A DNA stretch of 64,000 nt from Alkalispirochaeta sp. (lineage in GTDB: Bacteria; Spirochaetota; Spirochaetia; DSM-27196; Alkalispirochaetaceae). The notes below the pieces were generated by a model. The model worked only from the letters and a program-made list of their open reading frames with translations, had not been told where the DNA came from and ran no database searches. The stretch spans positions 2,880,001 to 2,944,000 of the forward strand of contig OZ271854.1 of the NCBI GenBank assembly GCA_965601925.1, given 5' to 3'. Below are positions 38,969 to 48,407 of this stretch, piece after piece; position 1 is the first letter of the stretch, and each line of letters begins with the position of its first letter. The position numbers and the translations under genes are program-made.

Positions 38969-39910
38969 TCATTCGTCGTCCTCACCGCCGGAGGATTGCG
39001 ACGCCCGGCTACGGGATGAGAACAACTGTACCGCCAACCCTCCGGCACCGGCGAGTATGAGACCGACAAGCTGTCGCGGGCCCGGGGACTCACCCAAGAA
39101 GATCCACGCCAGGACGGCGATTTGGATGAGCATCGTTCCGTTTATGACGCTCGATGCCAACGCCGTCAGCGTCGCGAGCGTCCGGTTCCATATCGTGAAG
39201 GCGAAAGCGGTGTTCACGATTGATAACCACAGGAGGATCGCGACAAAGCGTGCGGAGAGAACGGGAGCCTCCTCGATCGCGATACCCGTGAACAAGAGGG
39301 TCGCTCCGCCGATGCCCATACTGACGACGGTTATCGTCACCGGTGAGGCGGGCATGGAACGGTTTGCGTGACGTCCGAGGACCGACGATACGGCATTTGC
39401 CGCCATCCCGGCCACGGCGGCCGTTAAACCGAGACCGTAGGCACCGGACACGGTGACGGGCAGAAGGAAGAGCGCCGCACCGAGAAGATATATCGACACT
39501 CCCGCTACTTGCACCGTTCGCGGTCGCTCACCGATGAATGCCGCGGACAGGAGCGCAACGGCCACCGGCGAGAAGCTCAGGATCAGACTCGCCGTCTGTG
39601 CGGGGATATGCGCCAACGCGAAAAACTGCGCCCCTTGGGTGACTGCGTAGAACACGAGTCCCAGCGCACCGAGGACGGCCCAATCGCGGCCGCGGAGCCG
39701 CGACAGCTCCATCCGCCGCGCTTTGGCCGCCGCGATCGGCACGAGACACACAAACGCTATCGAATACCGAAGGCCCGCGAAGGTGAGAGGCGGCGCATCG
39801 GGGAGACCGAACTTGATGAGTATCCACGACGACGACCATAACACCGTGACAAACAGCGCTTCGGCGATTGCCCGCACCCGCCCGCTCTTCAAAACTAAGG
39901 AATCGTTCAT
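38969..39910 (-). CDS. DMT/EamA family transporter
   Basis: LWSSSW, PPLTFAGLRY, two hydrophobic repeats with GE motifs. Confidence 0.88.
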   Translation of the reverse strand: MNDSLVLKSGRVRAIAEALFVTVLWSSSWILIKFGLPDAPPLTFAGLRYSIAFVCLVPIAAAKARRMELSRLRGRDWAVLGALGLVFYAVTQGAQFFALAHIPAQTASLILSFSPVAVALLSAAFIGERPRTVQVAGVSIYLLGAALFLLPVTVSGAYGLGLTAAVAGMAANAVSSVLGRHANRSMPASPVTITVVSMGIGGATLLFTGIAIEEAPVLSARFVAILLWLSIVNTAFAFTIWNRTLATLTALASSVINGTMLIQIAVLAWIFLGESPGPRQLVGLILAGAGGLAVQLFSSRSRASQSSGGEDDE

Positions 39911-40068
39911 CGATACCGGCCTTTCCGTCACACCCGAAGTGAACACAGGAGGCTCCGTATCCGTCCGACACCGCAGCCTCCCGCGCTCTTCCAACGGCCA
40001 CGGCTGAGCCGGACACCCCAAGCGTAACGATTGAACATACTGCGGCGAAATCGATCCGGCAAGGATGA

Positions 40069-40311
40069 GCCCCGATACTCGTCTTTACCGCCGGTCTGGT
40101 GCGACAACCGGCGGAAACGCTCAAAGAGCACTTGAGTATCATCAATGCCTTGAAGGCACGGGACCGCGAACGCGCCCGCTCGTTGATGGTCGCCCACATT
40201 GCGGTCGCCAAGACCATGCTTCGCGAGACCGTACGAAGTTTGCGACATCTCAGGGTCGACCCGAACTCAATCCCGATCGACAAAGTGGATATGAAAGAGC
40301 TCCCGGTGTAG
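40069..40311 (+). pseudogene. C-terminal FCD fragment of a GntR-family regulator
   Basis: EHLSIINALKARDRERARSLMVAHI; in-frame TGA at 40066 and no HTH upstream. Confidence 0.55.
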
Positions 40312-40390
40312 GCGGGACCCTTTCATCGGCCCCTCGGTTGATGGGGCCCGGCGTCGTATACCGCGTGCCGTCGGTGCGGTACAATGCACC

Positions 40391-40942
40391 ATGATCGAAG
40401 GTCGACGCATCAATCTCCGCCCCGCACGCGAGGACGAGCTCCCGCTCCTCTATGATCTCGAGCATACCGTGGCAAATCGCGGTCCGTTCGGACCGCTCGA
40501 CGTATCGTCGTTTGTACAGTACAAGCGGAGTTACGAGAAACACGGGTTCTGGTTCGACGACGGCGGTCGCTTGATCGTCACCGACAAAGAGGGGCGGGTA
40601 ATCGGCAAGATCGGATGTCGAAGAAACGGCGTCATTTTGGGGTACGAAGTCGGCTACGTGATATTTCGCGAGCAGGATCGGGGGAAGGGCTATATGGGAG
40701 AGGCCCTGGAACTCTTTACCGCGTATATGTTCGCCTGGAAGGATATCCCCCGACTCTACCTTTTTATTACGCCGGAAAACGCACCGAGCGTCCGGCTCGC
40801 CGAGAAGGTCGGATACGTCGCCGAAGGGCTCATGCGACGCGCAGTCTTCTTTCGCGGCGCGTACTACGATCTCGCGATCTACGCCATGCTTCGTGAGCAG
40901 GCGCGATCGCTTATGGACCGCTCCGGTCTAACCGATCAGTGA
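40391..40942 (+). CDS. GNAT acetyltransferase, RimJ/RimL type
   Basis: EVGY, RGKGYMGEA, NAPSVRLAEKVGY, EGLMR. Confidence 0.9.
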   Translation: MIEGRRINLRPAREDELPLLYDLEHTVANRGPFGPLDVSSFVQYKRSYEKHGFWFDDGGRLIVTDKEGRVIGKIGCRRNGVILGYEVGYVIFREQDRGKGYMGEALELFTAYMFAWKDIPRLYLFITPENAPSVRLAEKVGYVAEGLMRRAVFFRGAYYDLAIYAMLREQARSLMDRSGLTDQ

Positions 40943-41137
40943 CACCGCGATCATGAGAGCACCGAAGAGCCGCCGGACCGATACCCGCAACGCTTTCCAA
41001 ACCGAATGAGATCCACGATCTTCGACGTCTCGCGGCCGCGATAATCGATCCGTGCGGCCCGCCGTTTCGAGTCCGTCTATCGTCCGTTGCCGACGGTAGA
41101 GCGACGGACGATACGATGCGCAGAAATCGCTCCCCTG

Positions 41138-42115
41138 TTACACGCCCTTCATGATACGGTCGATCTCCGCGGTCTGGGCGGCGCTCAGGGGGCCCGCTTC
41201 CATCGCCTCGGCGTTCTCTTCGGCCTGCTTCACGGTGCGGATTCCGGGGATCGGCAGCGTCGTGTCCGAGCGCGCCCAGATATAGGCCAGCGCTCCCTGG
41301 GCCAACGTTCGTCCTCCGGAGGTGAGGATCTCGCGCAAGGCGCCCAGCTTGGCGCTGATCGGGCCCTGGAACATGTCCTTGACCCACGCCTCGTTCCGGA
41401 CGTCGGTCGCCGAGAACGTGGTGTCGGCGTTGTACTTGCCCGTGAGAAACCCCATCGCCAGGGGCCCACGATTGAACGCCGCCATATCGCGCTGCTCACA
41501 GACCGCAAGGATTTCCGGCTGATCGACGGCGATGCTGAAGTTGGTCTGAATCGCCGAGCAGTGCTCTCCTTCGGCAAAAACGGCGGCCGATTCGGGAGAA
41601 TCGGTACTCCACCCGTAGCTGCGGATCTTTCCCTGCTCTACGAGTCGTTCGAGCGCCTCCCTGACGTCCACCGCGAGCGTGTTGTCATAGTCCCAAACGT
41701 GAAAGAAATAGACGTCGATGTAGTCCGTTTTGAGACGCCGGAGGCTCGCTTCACACTCCTCACGGACGTGTTCGGCGACCGGCATGGTCCGCATATCGGC
41801 GCCCCGGTTGCGCGCCTCCTTTGCCTCCTCGTCCACCTCGAACCCGAACTTGGTTGATATGACACACTCTTTCCGGTTCGAGCCGAGTCCCTTGGCCACT
41901 AAACGTTCCGAGAGGCCGGCGCCGTAGTTGGCGGCGGTGTCGAAGACGCGAACTCCGTGGTCGTATGCGGCGCGTATCGCGCGTAACGACTCGGCGTCGT
42001 CGGTCTTGCCCCATCCCGCGGGATTTCCCAGGAAGTTCCACTCGCCTCCGATCGCCCAGCAACCCATTCCCAGGGCGCTCGTCTCGACCCCTATTCGTCC
42101 CAGTTTACGTTTCAT
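41138..42115 (-). CDS. aldo/keto reductase
   Basis: GMGCWAIGG, FDTAANYG, STKFG, SLRRLKTDYID, PIPG. Confidence 0.93.
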   Translation of the reverse strand: MKRKLGRIGVETSALGMGCWAIGGEWNFLGNPAGWGKTDDAESLRAIRAAYDHGVRVFDTAANYGAGLSERLVAKGLGSNRKECVISTKFGFEVDEEAKEARNRGADMRTMPVAEHVREECEASLRRLKTDYIDVYFFHVWDYDNTLAVDVREALERLVEQGKIRSYGWSTDSPESAAVFAEGEHCSAIQTNFSIAVDQPEILAVCEQRDMAAFNRGPLAMGFLTGKYNADTTFSATDVRNEAWVKDMFQGPISAKLGALREILTSGGRTLAQGALAYIWARSDTTLPIPGIRTVKQAEENAEAMEAGPLSAAQTAEIDRIMKGV

Positions 42116-42497
42116 GCTTCTTTTCCTCCTCGGTGTAGTACGCGATCTTTGAGTCGATCTTCTCGAGATACCGACGCATTTCATGCAAGCGCTGGATAAC
42201 GGTATCGCGATGCTCCCGCAAGATACGGATACGATTCTCGATCGATCCGTCGCCTCGTCGTTGATAGTCCATGTACCGTTTCATCATACCGATCGGCATT
42301 CCCGTAGCGCGCAAACACTTTAGAAACTCGATCCAACCGACGTCGTCGTCGGAGTAGCACCGTGTACCGTTGGGCGCCCTGCTGATGGGATTCATCAACC
42401 CGATCTTCTCGTAGTATCTCAGGGTGTGGGCGCTAAGGCCCGTGCGCGCGGCGGTTTCCCGTACACTCCAGCTCGTCCGTTCTCGCTCATCCGTCAT
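42105..42497 (-). CDS. MerR-family regulator (NmlR/AdhR-like)
   Basis: GLSAHTLRYYEKIGL, WIEFLKCLRATGMPI (conserved Cys), KIAYY. Confidence 0.92.
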   Translation of the reverse strand: MTDERERTSWSVRETAARTGLSAHTLRYYEKIGLMNPISRAPNGTRCYSDDDVGWIEFLKCLRATGMPIGMMKRYMDYQRRGDGSIENRIRILREHRDTVIQRLHEMRRYLEKIDSKIAYYTEEEKKHET

Positions 42498-42506
42498 GAC
42501 ACCTAT

Positions 42507-42537
42507 AGGCTACAACTTAGAGTGCACTCTAAGTCAA
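42507..42537 (-). promoter_or_regulatory. MerR-type promoter with 19-bp spacer and dyad operator
   Basis: TTGACT-19bp-TAGCCT; perfect 20-bp palindrome ACTTAGAGTGCACTCTAAGT at 42515-42534. Confidence 0.85.
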
Positions 42538-42618
42538 ATACTTTCTCGCCGATCGCGCCTCTTTCGGTTCGAGACAGAGAACGGCGGCGCGATGTATGCT
42601 ATACATGGGGGTAATCAC

Positions 42619-42927
42619 ATGAAACTTGGACGCAACGAACCGTGCCATTGCGGAAGCGGCAAAAAATACAAGCATTGTCACTATGAGGAGGACCGCAAGG
42701 CGGAATCGAAGCGGCTTGCCGACGAGGCTGCGGCCCGAGCTGAGGCGGCAAAGGAAAATGCCGAATCGGCCGACGACGGGACGCAGGGCTCCAAGCACGG
42801 CAAGGGCGGGCACGACGCCGGTTCCGGACATCACATGCGTAACACGGCCAAAGGTGGACGTTCCGGCGTGGCGGGAGGCGGTGCGACGAGCTCACGCGCA
42901 ACGCGCGGTGCACAGCGAGGAGGTTGA
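42619..42927 (+). CDS. small SEC-C metal-binding motif protein
   Basis: KLGRNEPCHCGSGKKYKHCH followed by a disordered tail. Confidence 0.85.
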   Translation: MKLGRNEPCHCGSGKKYKHCHYEEDRKAESKRLADEAAARAEAAKENAESADDGTQGSKHGKGGHDAGSGHHMRNTAKGGRSGVAGGGATSSRATRGAQRGG

Positions 42928-42999
42928 ACGGGAGGGGTAGCCCCACGACAACGGCCGCACTCCAACCCGAAGCTTCTCGCGAAGCTGAGTAGTCCGCCT

Positions 43000-43251
43000 C
43001 CCTTCTCTCCCGACAATCCGCCAAGCGAGATCGGGCGCGAGAGTTCCTGCAGGCTGGCGGATGGTCGCGACGTTAGTCGGAAGCCTCCGGTTTCCTACTA
43101 ACGCATGCATCCGACGACCGCGGCTTTTGAACCATCGGATGCGTACCGCAGGTACGAGGAACGCGTCCAGGTCTGCACGAGCGTCCGAGGTCGCCACCCG
43201 ACCGCACTCATAGTTACAACACGCACCCTCGTATAACACGCCTCGTTGCCG
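43000..43251 (+). repeat. direct repeat copy A (bipartite)
   Basis: 43000-43072 resembles 44005-44076; 43195-43251 matches 44124-44180 at 55/57 nt. Confidence 0.85.
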
Positions 43252-43370
43252 AGTATCCTCCGTGTCGACCTTCCGTCCCGGAGACGGCTGTCGTCTCATA
43301 TACCTTGCCTGCAGTGTTATGCGTAGCTCTATTAGTAGTTTTTCATTTATCTTTGCTATACACTAACAAA

Positions 43371-43928
43371 ATGAATAGAAATTTTTTCAAAATATTACGT
43401 AGTGTGACTCTGACGGTACTTTATGCGGGTGCGGTGGTTTCATGCGCAACGATTACGTACTTCGACGAAAGCCCGCCGATAACTAACGCCGACGAGATCT
43501 CGCCCGATCAGGCCTACTTTTACGGTGAGTTCTATCAGGTATCGTCTCGGAGTGAACCGCATTTTATCCTCTTTGAGGAGACGGAGACCGGTGAGCAGCT
43601 CCTCATTCCGTTTCAGGAGTCATTCGGTCAAGTGCTCGTTGCGGTCGCTCCCGGTACTTATAGCACCGATATGGAGGTCTACATAAGACGCCCCATGGCG
43701 CTGTTGTCCATTGGGAAGTACGGCGTTTTCACACTCATGCCGGACCATTTTGAAGAACCGTTCGTAGCGGAGCCCGGAGTCGTGTACTACGTCGGTTCAT
43801 TCAATCCCCAAACCTTCCGATTCAACTTCGAAGGGGCACGGGAGCACTTCGTCGGTCAGTTCGGCACGCCCGAGGGGACAGAGTTTCAGCCGGCATACGG
43901 TTTGCCGACGGATAGCGATATACGGTGA
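43371..43928 (+). CDS. hypothetical lipoprotein
   Basis: Signal peptide with lipobox-like AVVSC; AT-rich upstream region. Confidence 0.7.
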   Translation: MNRNFFKILRSVTLTVLYAGAVVSCATITYFDESPPITNADEISPDQAYFYGEFYQVSSRSEPHFILFEETETGEQLLIPFQESFGQVLVAVAPGTYSTDMEVYIRRPMALLSIGKYGVFTLMPDHFEEPFVAEPGVVYYVGSFNPQTFRFNFEGAREHFVGQFGTPEGTEFQPAYGLPTDSDIR

Positions 43929-44004
43929 CGCGTCGGTCAATATCGCAAGTTCCGGTCTCTATATCCGGTTAGAGATTGCCCGTGCGCTTCGCGCCGCCCT
44001 GTCG

Positions 44005-44180
44005 CCCTTCTCCCCCACGATCCACTAAGCGGGATCGGGCGCGAGATATACCGTCGGCTGGCGGGTGGCGGCGACGAGCGCGACCTTCTGACCCGCAGGG
44101 TCCGCACGAGTGATCGGCGACGTCACCCGACCGCACTCAGAGTTACAACACGCACCCTCGTATGACACGCCTCGTTGCCG
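44005..44180 (+). repeat. direct repeat copy B (upstream of valS)
   Basis: See copy A. Confidence 0.85.
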
Positions 44181-44261
44181 CCGTACCGTCCGATTTGCTA
44201 CTATAGCGCTTCGTCGGGCCGGACGACTCGCGCGGGCCGGCGCAATGTTCAAGGAGTGACA

Positions 44262-46982
44262 ATGCAATCGGTGGAGCTCAGCAAAGTTTTTGACGCCAAG
44301 GATTTCGAAGACCGTATCTACGCGATGTGGAAAGAGGGAGGATACTTTGCCCCCGCAGAGGTCGGCGAGGGAGCTCCCTTCGTCATCGTCATTCCTCCTC
44401 CCAACGTAACCGGTGTCCTCCACATGGGGCACGGGCTCAACAACAGCATGCAGGATATTCTCATCCGCTACTATCGCATGCGGGGTCGTCCCACCTTGTG
44501 GGTCCCCGGAACCGATCACGCCGGTATCGCCACGCAGAACGTGGTCGAGCGCAAGCTCCGCGCCGAGGGCACGAGCCGTGAGGAACTGGGGCGGGAGAAG
44601 TTTCTGGAGCGAACCTGGGAGGTGAAGGACGACCACCACCGGGTCATCACCAAGCAGCTGGAGAAGATCGGCGCCAGCTGCGACTGGTCCCGAGAACGCT
44701 TTACCCTCGACGAAGGGCTGAGTGAGGCGGTGCGAGAGGTCTTTGTCGAGCTCTACGAGCGCGACCTCATCTACCGTGGGGAGTATCTCATAAACTGGTG
44801 TCCCAGTTGCGGCACCGCGCTGTCGGACGATGAGGTTGAGTACGCCGAGAAGCAGGGGCATCTTTGGCATCTCCGGTATCCCGTGGTCGACTCCGCGCAA
44901 CCGGATGCCGCCGAAGGAAGCCTCGGGTGGATCGAGGTGGCGACGACGCGACCGGAGACGATGCTCGGCGACACCGCAGTCGCCGTTCACCCCGAGGACG
45001 AACGGTACGAGAGCCTTATCGGCAAGAGCGTGCGGCTTCCCCTTTCCGGCCGAATCGTTCCCATCGTCGCGGACACTTACGTCGACCGCGAGTTCGGCAG
45101 CGGGGCGGTCAAGATCACGCCGGCGCACGACCCCAACGACTGGGAGATCGGCCTGCGCCACGATTTGGCGCGCATCAATATCCTCACCGCCAAGGCGACG
45201 CTTAACGAGAACGTGCCCGAAGCGTACCGGGGCATGCCGGTCGCCGATGCGCGCACGGCGGTGGTGGCCGACCTCGATAAAGGCGGCTACCTCACGGCGG
45301 TTGAGGATCACGTCCACCAGGTGGGACACTGCTATCGGTGCGGGAGCGTCGTGGAACCGTGGGTGAGTATTCAGTGGTTCGTCCGCATGAAACCGTTGGC
45401 CGAGAAGGCGCTTGCGGCGTGGAAGCGAGGAGAGATCCGCTTCTATCCCAAACGCTGGGAGAACACCTACACCCACTGGCTTGAGAACATTCGCGATTGG
45501 TGCATCAGTCGCCAGCTGTGGTGGGGACACCGCATTCCGGTATGGTACGACGACGAGTCGGGGGAGATGATCGTGAGTCGTACCGATCCCACCGAGGATC
45601 CGGCCTACGCCGGACGCACCTTGCGGCAGGACCCGGACGTCCTGGACACGTGGTTCTCCAGCTGGTTGTGGCCCTTTAGCACCTTGGGGTGGCCGGAGAA
45701 GACCGCCGACCTCGAGCGATTCTACCCCACCACGACGCTGGTGACCGCCTACGACATCATCTTCTTCTGGGTGGCGCGGATGATTATGGCGGGACTCGAG
45801 TTCATGGGCGAGGTGCCGTTTCGCGATGTTTACATCACCGGCTTGGTTCGGGACGCCCAGGGACGCAAAATGTCCAAGAGTCTCGGCAACGGCATCGATC
45901 CCTTGGACATCGTTGACACCTACGGTGCCGACGGCCACAAGTTCACCTTGGCCTACTTGAGCGTCCAGGGTTCCGACGTGCCCATCTCCACCGACAGCTT
46001 TCAGCTGGGAAGCAAGTTCGCCAACAAGATCTGGAACGCCACGCGCTACCTCCTCATGAACCTGGAGGGGCGTGCCTTGATTCCTTTCGGCAAGATTGAG
46101 CTGGGCGACGTCGACCGTTGGATCTTCTTTCGCCTTAACGAGGCGGTGCGCACCATCGAGTCGGCGATGGAGAACTACCGCATGGACGAGGCGTCCCGTG
46201 CCGTATACGAGTTCTTCTGGAACGAGTTTTGCGACTGGTACATCGAGGCGTCGAAGCTCAGCCTCTATTCGGAGGATGGCCGAGAGAAAGACCGCGGTGT
46301 CTCGCTGGTGCTCTACGTTCTGGAGGAGGCGCTCCGCCTGATGCACCCCTTTATGAGTTTCATCTCCGAGGAGATCTGGCAGCGACTGCCGGCGGAACTC
46401 GCGCCGGCCGACGGTTCGCCCCGGCCCGACGCCCTCATCGTCGGGCGCTATCCCCGCACTCACGAGGAACGAGGCGATGCGGCGGCCCTCGCGGCATCTA
46501 CCGGATTTGCAGCACTCCAGGAGCTCGTCCGGGGCGTGCGTACCATGCGCAGCGAGTTCACCATTCCCCCCACGAAGACCTTCGCCGCCTACGTCAACGT
46601 CTCGGAGGCGCGCGCCGAGTTGGTCGATTTTTTCACCCGGAACGGCGATCTCGTCGCAATGCTCGCATCGCTCTCGGGCGTAGAGGTCGGTACCGACGGG
46701 AGTCGGCGTGCCGCCTCGATCGCCGTAGTGGGCAGCGGCTTCGAGGCGTACCTCTACATCCGCGACCTCATCGATGTAGAAGCGCAGATCGCGCGGCTCG
46801 ACAAGAAGATCGCCAAGATGGAGAAGGGGCTCTCACAAGTCGAGCGCAAGCTCGCGAGCGAAGGCTTTGTGAGCAAAGCCAAGCCGGAAGTGGTGGAGGC
46901 GGAACGCGCCAAGGCGACCGATCTCGGCGATCAGTTGGAGCGCACGCGGGCCGTGCGGACAGAGTTGGCCGAGGGCGCATAA
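44262..46982 (+). CDS. valS: valine--tRNA ligase
   Basis: PPPNVTGVLHMGH, DWCISRQLWWGHRIP, KMSKS, C-terminal coiled arm. Confidence 0.98.
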   Translation: MQSVELSKVFDAKDFEDRIYAMWKEGGYFAPAEVGEGAPFVIVIPPPNVTGVLHMGHGLNNSMQDILIRYYRMRGRPTLWVPGTDHAGIATQNVVERKLRAEGTSREELGREKFLERTWEVKDDHHRVITKQLEKIGASCDWSRERFTLDEGLSEAVREVFVELYERDLIYRGEYLINWCPSCGTALSDDEVEYAEKQGHLWHLRYPVVDSAQPDAAEGSLGWIEVATTRPETMLGDTAVAVHPEDERYESLIGKSVRLPLSGRIVPIVADTYVDREFGSGAVKITPAHDPNDWEIGLRHDLARINILTAKATLNENVPEAYRGMPVADARTAVVADLDKGGYLTAVEDHVHQVGHCYRCGSVVEPWVSIQWFVRMKPLAEKALAAWKRGEIRFYPKRWENTYTHWLENIRDWCISRQLWWGHRIPVWYDDESGEMIVSRTDPTEDPAYAGRTLRQDPDVLDTWFSSWLWPFSTLGWPEKTADLERFYPTTTLVTAYDIIFFWVARMIMAGLEFMGEVPFRDVYITGLVRDAQGRKMSKSLGNGIDPLDIVDTYGADGHKFTLAYLSVQGSDVPISTDSFQLGSKFANKIWNATRYLLMNLEGRALIPFGKIELGDVDRWIFFRLNEAVRTIESAMENYRMDEASRAVYEFFWNEFCDWYIEASKLSLYSEDGREKDRGVSLVLYVLEEALRLMHPFMSFISEEIWQRLPAELAPADGSPRPDALIVGRYPRTHEERGDAAALAASTGFAALQELVRGVRTMRSEFTIPPTKTFAAYVNVSEARAELVDFFTRNGDLVAMLASLSGVEVGTDGSRRAASIAVVGSGFEAYLYIRDLIDVEAQIARLDKKIAKMEKGLSQVERKLASEGFVSKAKPEVVEAERAKATDLGDQLERTRAVRTELAEGA

Positions 46983-47099
46983 CGGCGGGCGTGGGATTGC
47001 ACACGTCGGGCGCGGTCGCTGTCCTCGACGACGATACGGCCGAGGAGTATCGCAGCCGGCGGGCGACGTTCGCCCGTTATCGCCCCCCCGACCAACCGA

Positions 47100-47774
47100 T
47101 CACGGAATGCGAACGGTTAGTCCGGGGAGTAGGATCACATCCCAGGAACCCCCACGTTCCAAGTTGAAATCGGCATCGCGGAACGGCGCGAAATCGACGC
47201 CGCCCTGCAAGCCGAAGAAGAATCCGAAGTGTCGCCCGTCCCACACATAGAGCCTATACCGGAGATCGACACCGATTCCGCCGCCGAGGTTTGCCGTCAG
47301 AGCCTCATTCGGGATGCGGCCTTCGGTATCGTTTTGGATGGCGGCGATGCGGCCACCGACACCGAAGAACATGCTCAAGCGTCTTCTCAGCTCGAGTTGA
47401 TATCCCAATCCGGCCGTGTAGGATCTGAATCTCAGCGAGTCGAGTGCATAAAACTCAAAGTCACCATCTCGGCTGCGATCATCTATGTCGATTCGGCGGC
47501 CGCCGTACTCAAAGTATCCCACCCATGTGCGGCCGATCGTAAGCATCGCGAGTCCTCTGGCGGTTGCCGCTTCGATGAACTCTCGCTCGCCGGTGGGCCC
47601 GGTGTAGCGGTGGGAAACATCACCAAAACCTATCGCGCCGTCAAGGCGAATGACCGCGCGGGAATCCGTTTCGGATTGAGGCCATGCGCCGGGTGTGCCG
47701 ACGACGAGGAACAGTACCGCCCAGCCGTAACGAGCGACTCGGCCGGACGCGCACCGTTTTGCGGGACGGTTCAT
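47100..47774 (-). CDS. hypothetical exported protein, probable outer-membrane beta-barrel
   Basis: Signal-like segment, alternating Gly/aromatic strands; ATGA-coupled to the upstream gene. Confidence 0.55.
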   Translation of the reverse strand: MNRPAKRCASGRVARYGWAVLFLVVGTPGAWPQSETDSRAVIRLDGAIGFGDVSHRYTGPTGEREFIEAATARGLAMLTIGRTWVGYFEYGGRRIDIDDRSRDGDFEFYALDSLRFRSYTAGLGYQLELRRRLSMFFGVGGRIAAIQNDTEGRIPNEALTANLGGGIGVDLRYRLYVWDGRHFGFFFGLQGGVDFAPFRDADFNLERGGSWDVILLPGLTVRIP

Positions 47775-48376
47775 TCTATAACTCGTATTGTCGCATCCCC
47801 GGTGAACACGACGCGCCGATCCGCCGCCCAACGATCCGTAGTTGTGAACACTCCGCAATCCACGACTCCGTCCTTGCTTGAGAAGAAGATCCGCTGATCC
47901 GCGGAGAGCGTCGGCGATCCGCCGGCTATGTCGGTCAGAGCGGGACCTTGATCGATCCATATGGCAATCGTGCCTAGGCCGCTCCCGTACCAGTCGGGAT
48001 CGTGCGCTTCGATATCGACGGATGAGGACGGGAGATCGAATTGCCGTGTCGCGCCGGGCCATAGGTCCGCAATCGAGGTGCCGTCGACGCGCCAGACCTC
48101 ACCATCGAGCGCGCTCGCGCTCGGCTCGCCGTAGAACCGTTCGCGGTCACCCAGTTGGTCGGGGTCGCGCGTGCCGCTGTCGACGGCGATTGCCAACACG
48201 CCTCCCGCCGGGGTGTTCTCGACGGTTGGGGCCAGGTAGAGAGCGTCTCGAATCGGCCAGACTTGCCAGCCGATCTCGTCCTCCGGACGGGCGCGGGGAC
48301 AGCCGCATCCGATGAGAACAAGACTTGTCATGGAGAGCGCACCGAGTCGGACGAGCCGGTACATACCGCTGGACAT
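47771..48376 (-). CDS. hypothetical lipoprotein
   Basis: Basic N-terminus, hydrophobic core, LIGC lipobox. Confidence 0.6.
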   Translation of the reverse strand: MSSGMYRLVRLGALSMTSLVLIGCGCPRARPEDEIGWQVWPIRDALYLAPTVENTPAGGVLAIAVDSGTRDPDQLGDRERFYGEPSASALDGEVWRVDGTSIADLWPGATRQFDLPSSSVDIEAHDPDWYGSGLGTIAIWIDQGPALTDIAGGSPTLSADQRIFFSSKDGVVDCGVFTTTDRWAADRRVVFTGDATIRVIE

Positions 48377-48407
48377 AACGACATAGTTATCACAAATAGT
48401 TCGATCT

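Noticed and set aside
43000..44180. CRISPR or integron attC interpretation of the direct repeats
   Set aside because: Only two copies about 930 bp apart, no regular spacers, and the GTTAG/CTAAC arms are in the wrong order for attC.
44181..44261. Possible T-box leader for valS
   Set aside because: No GGTGGNACC T-box sequence and no terminator/antiterminator seen.
44025..46463. 812-aa antisense ORF over valS
   Set aside because: Shadow ORF of a conserved gene.
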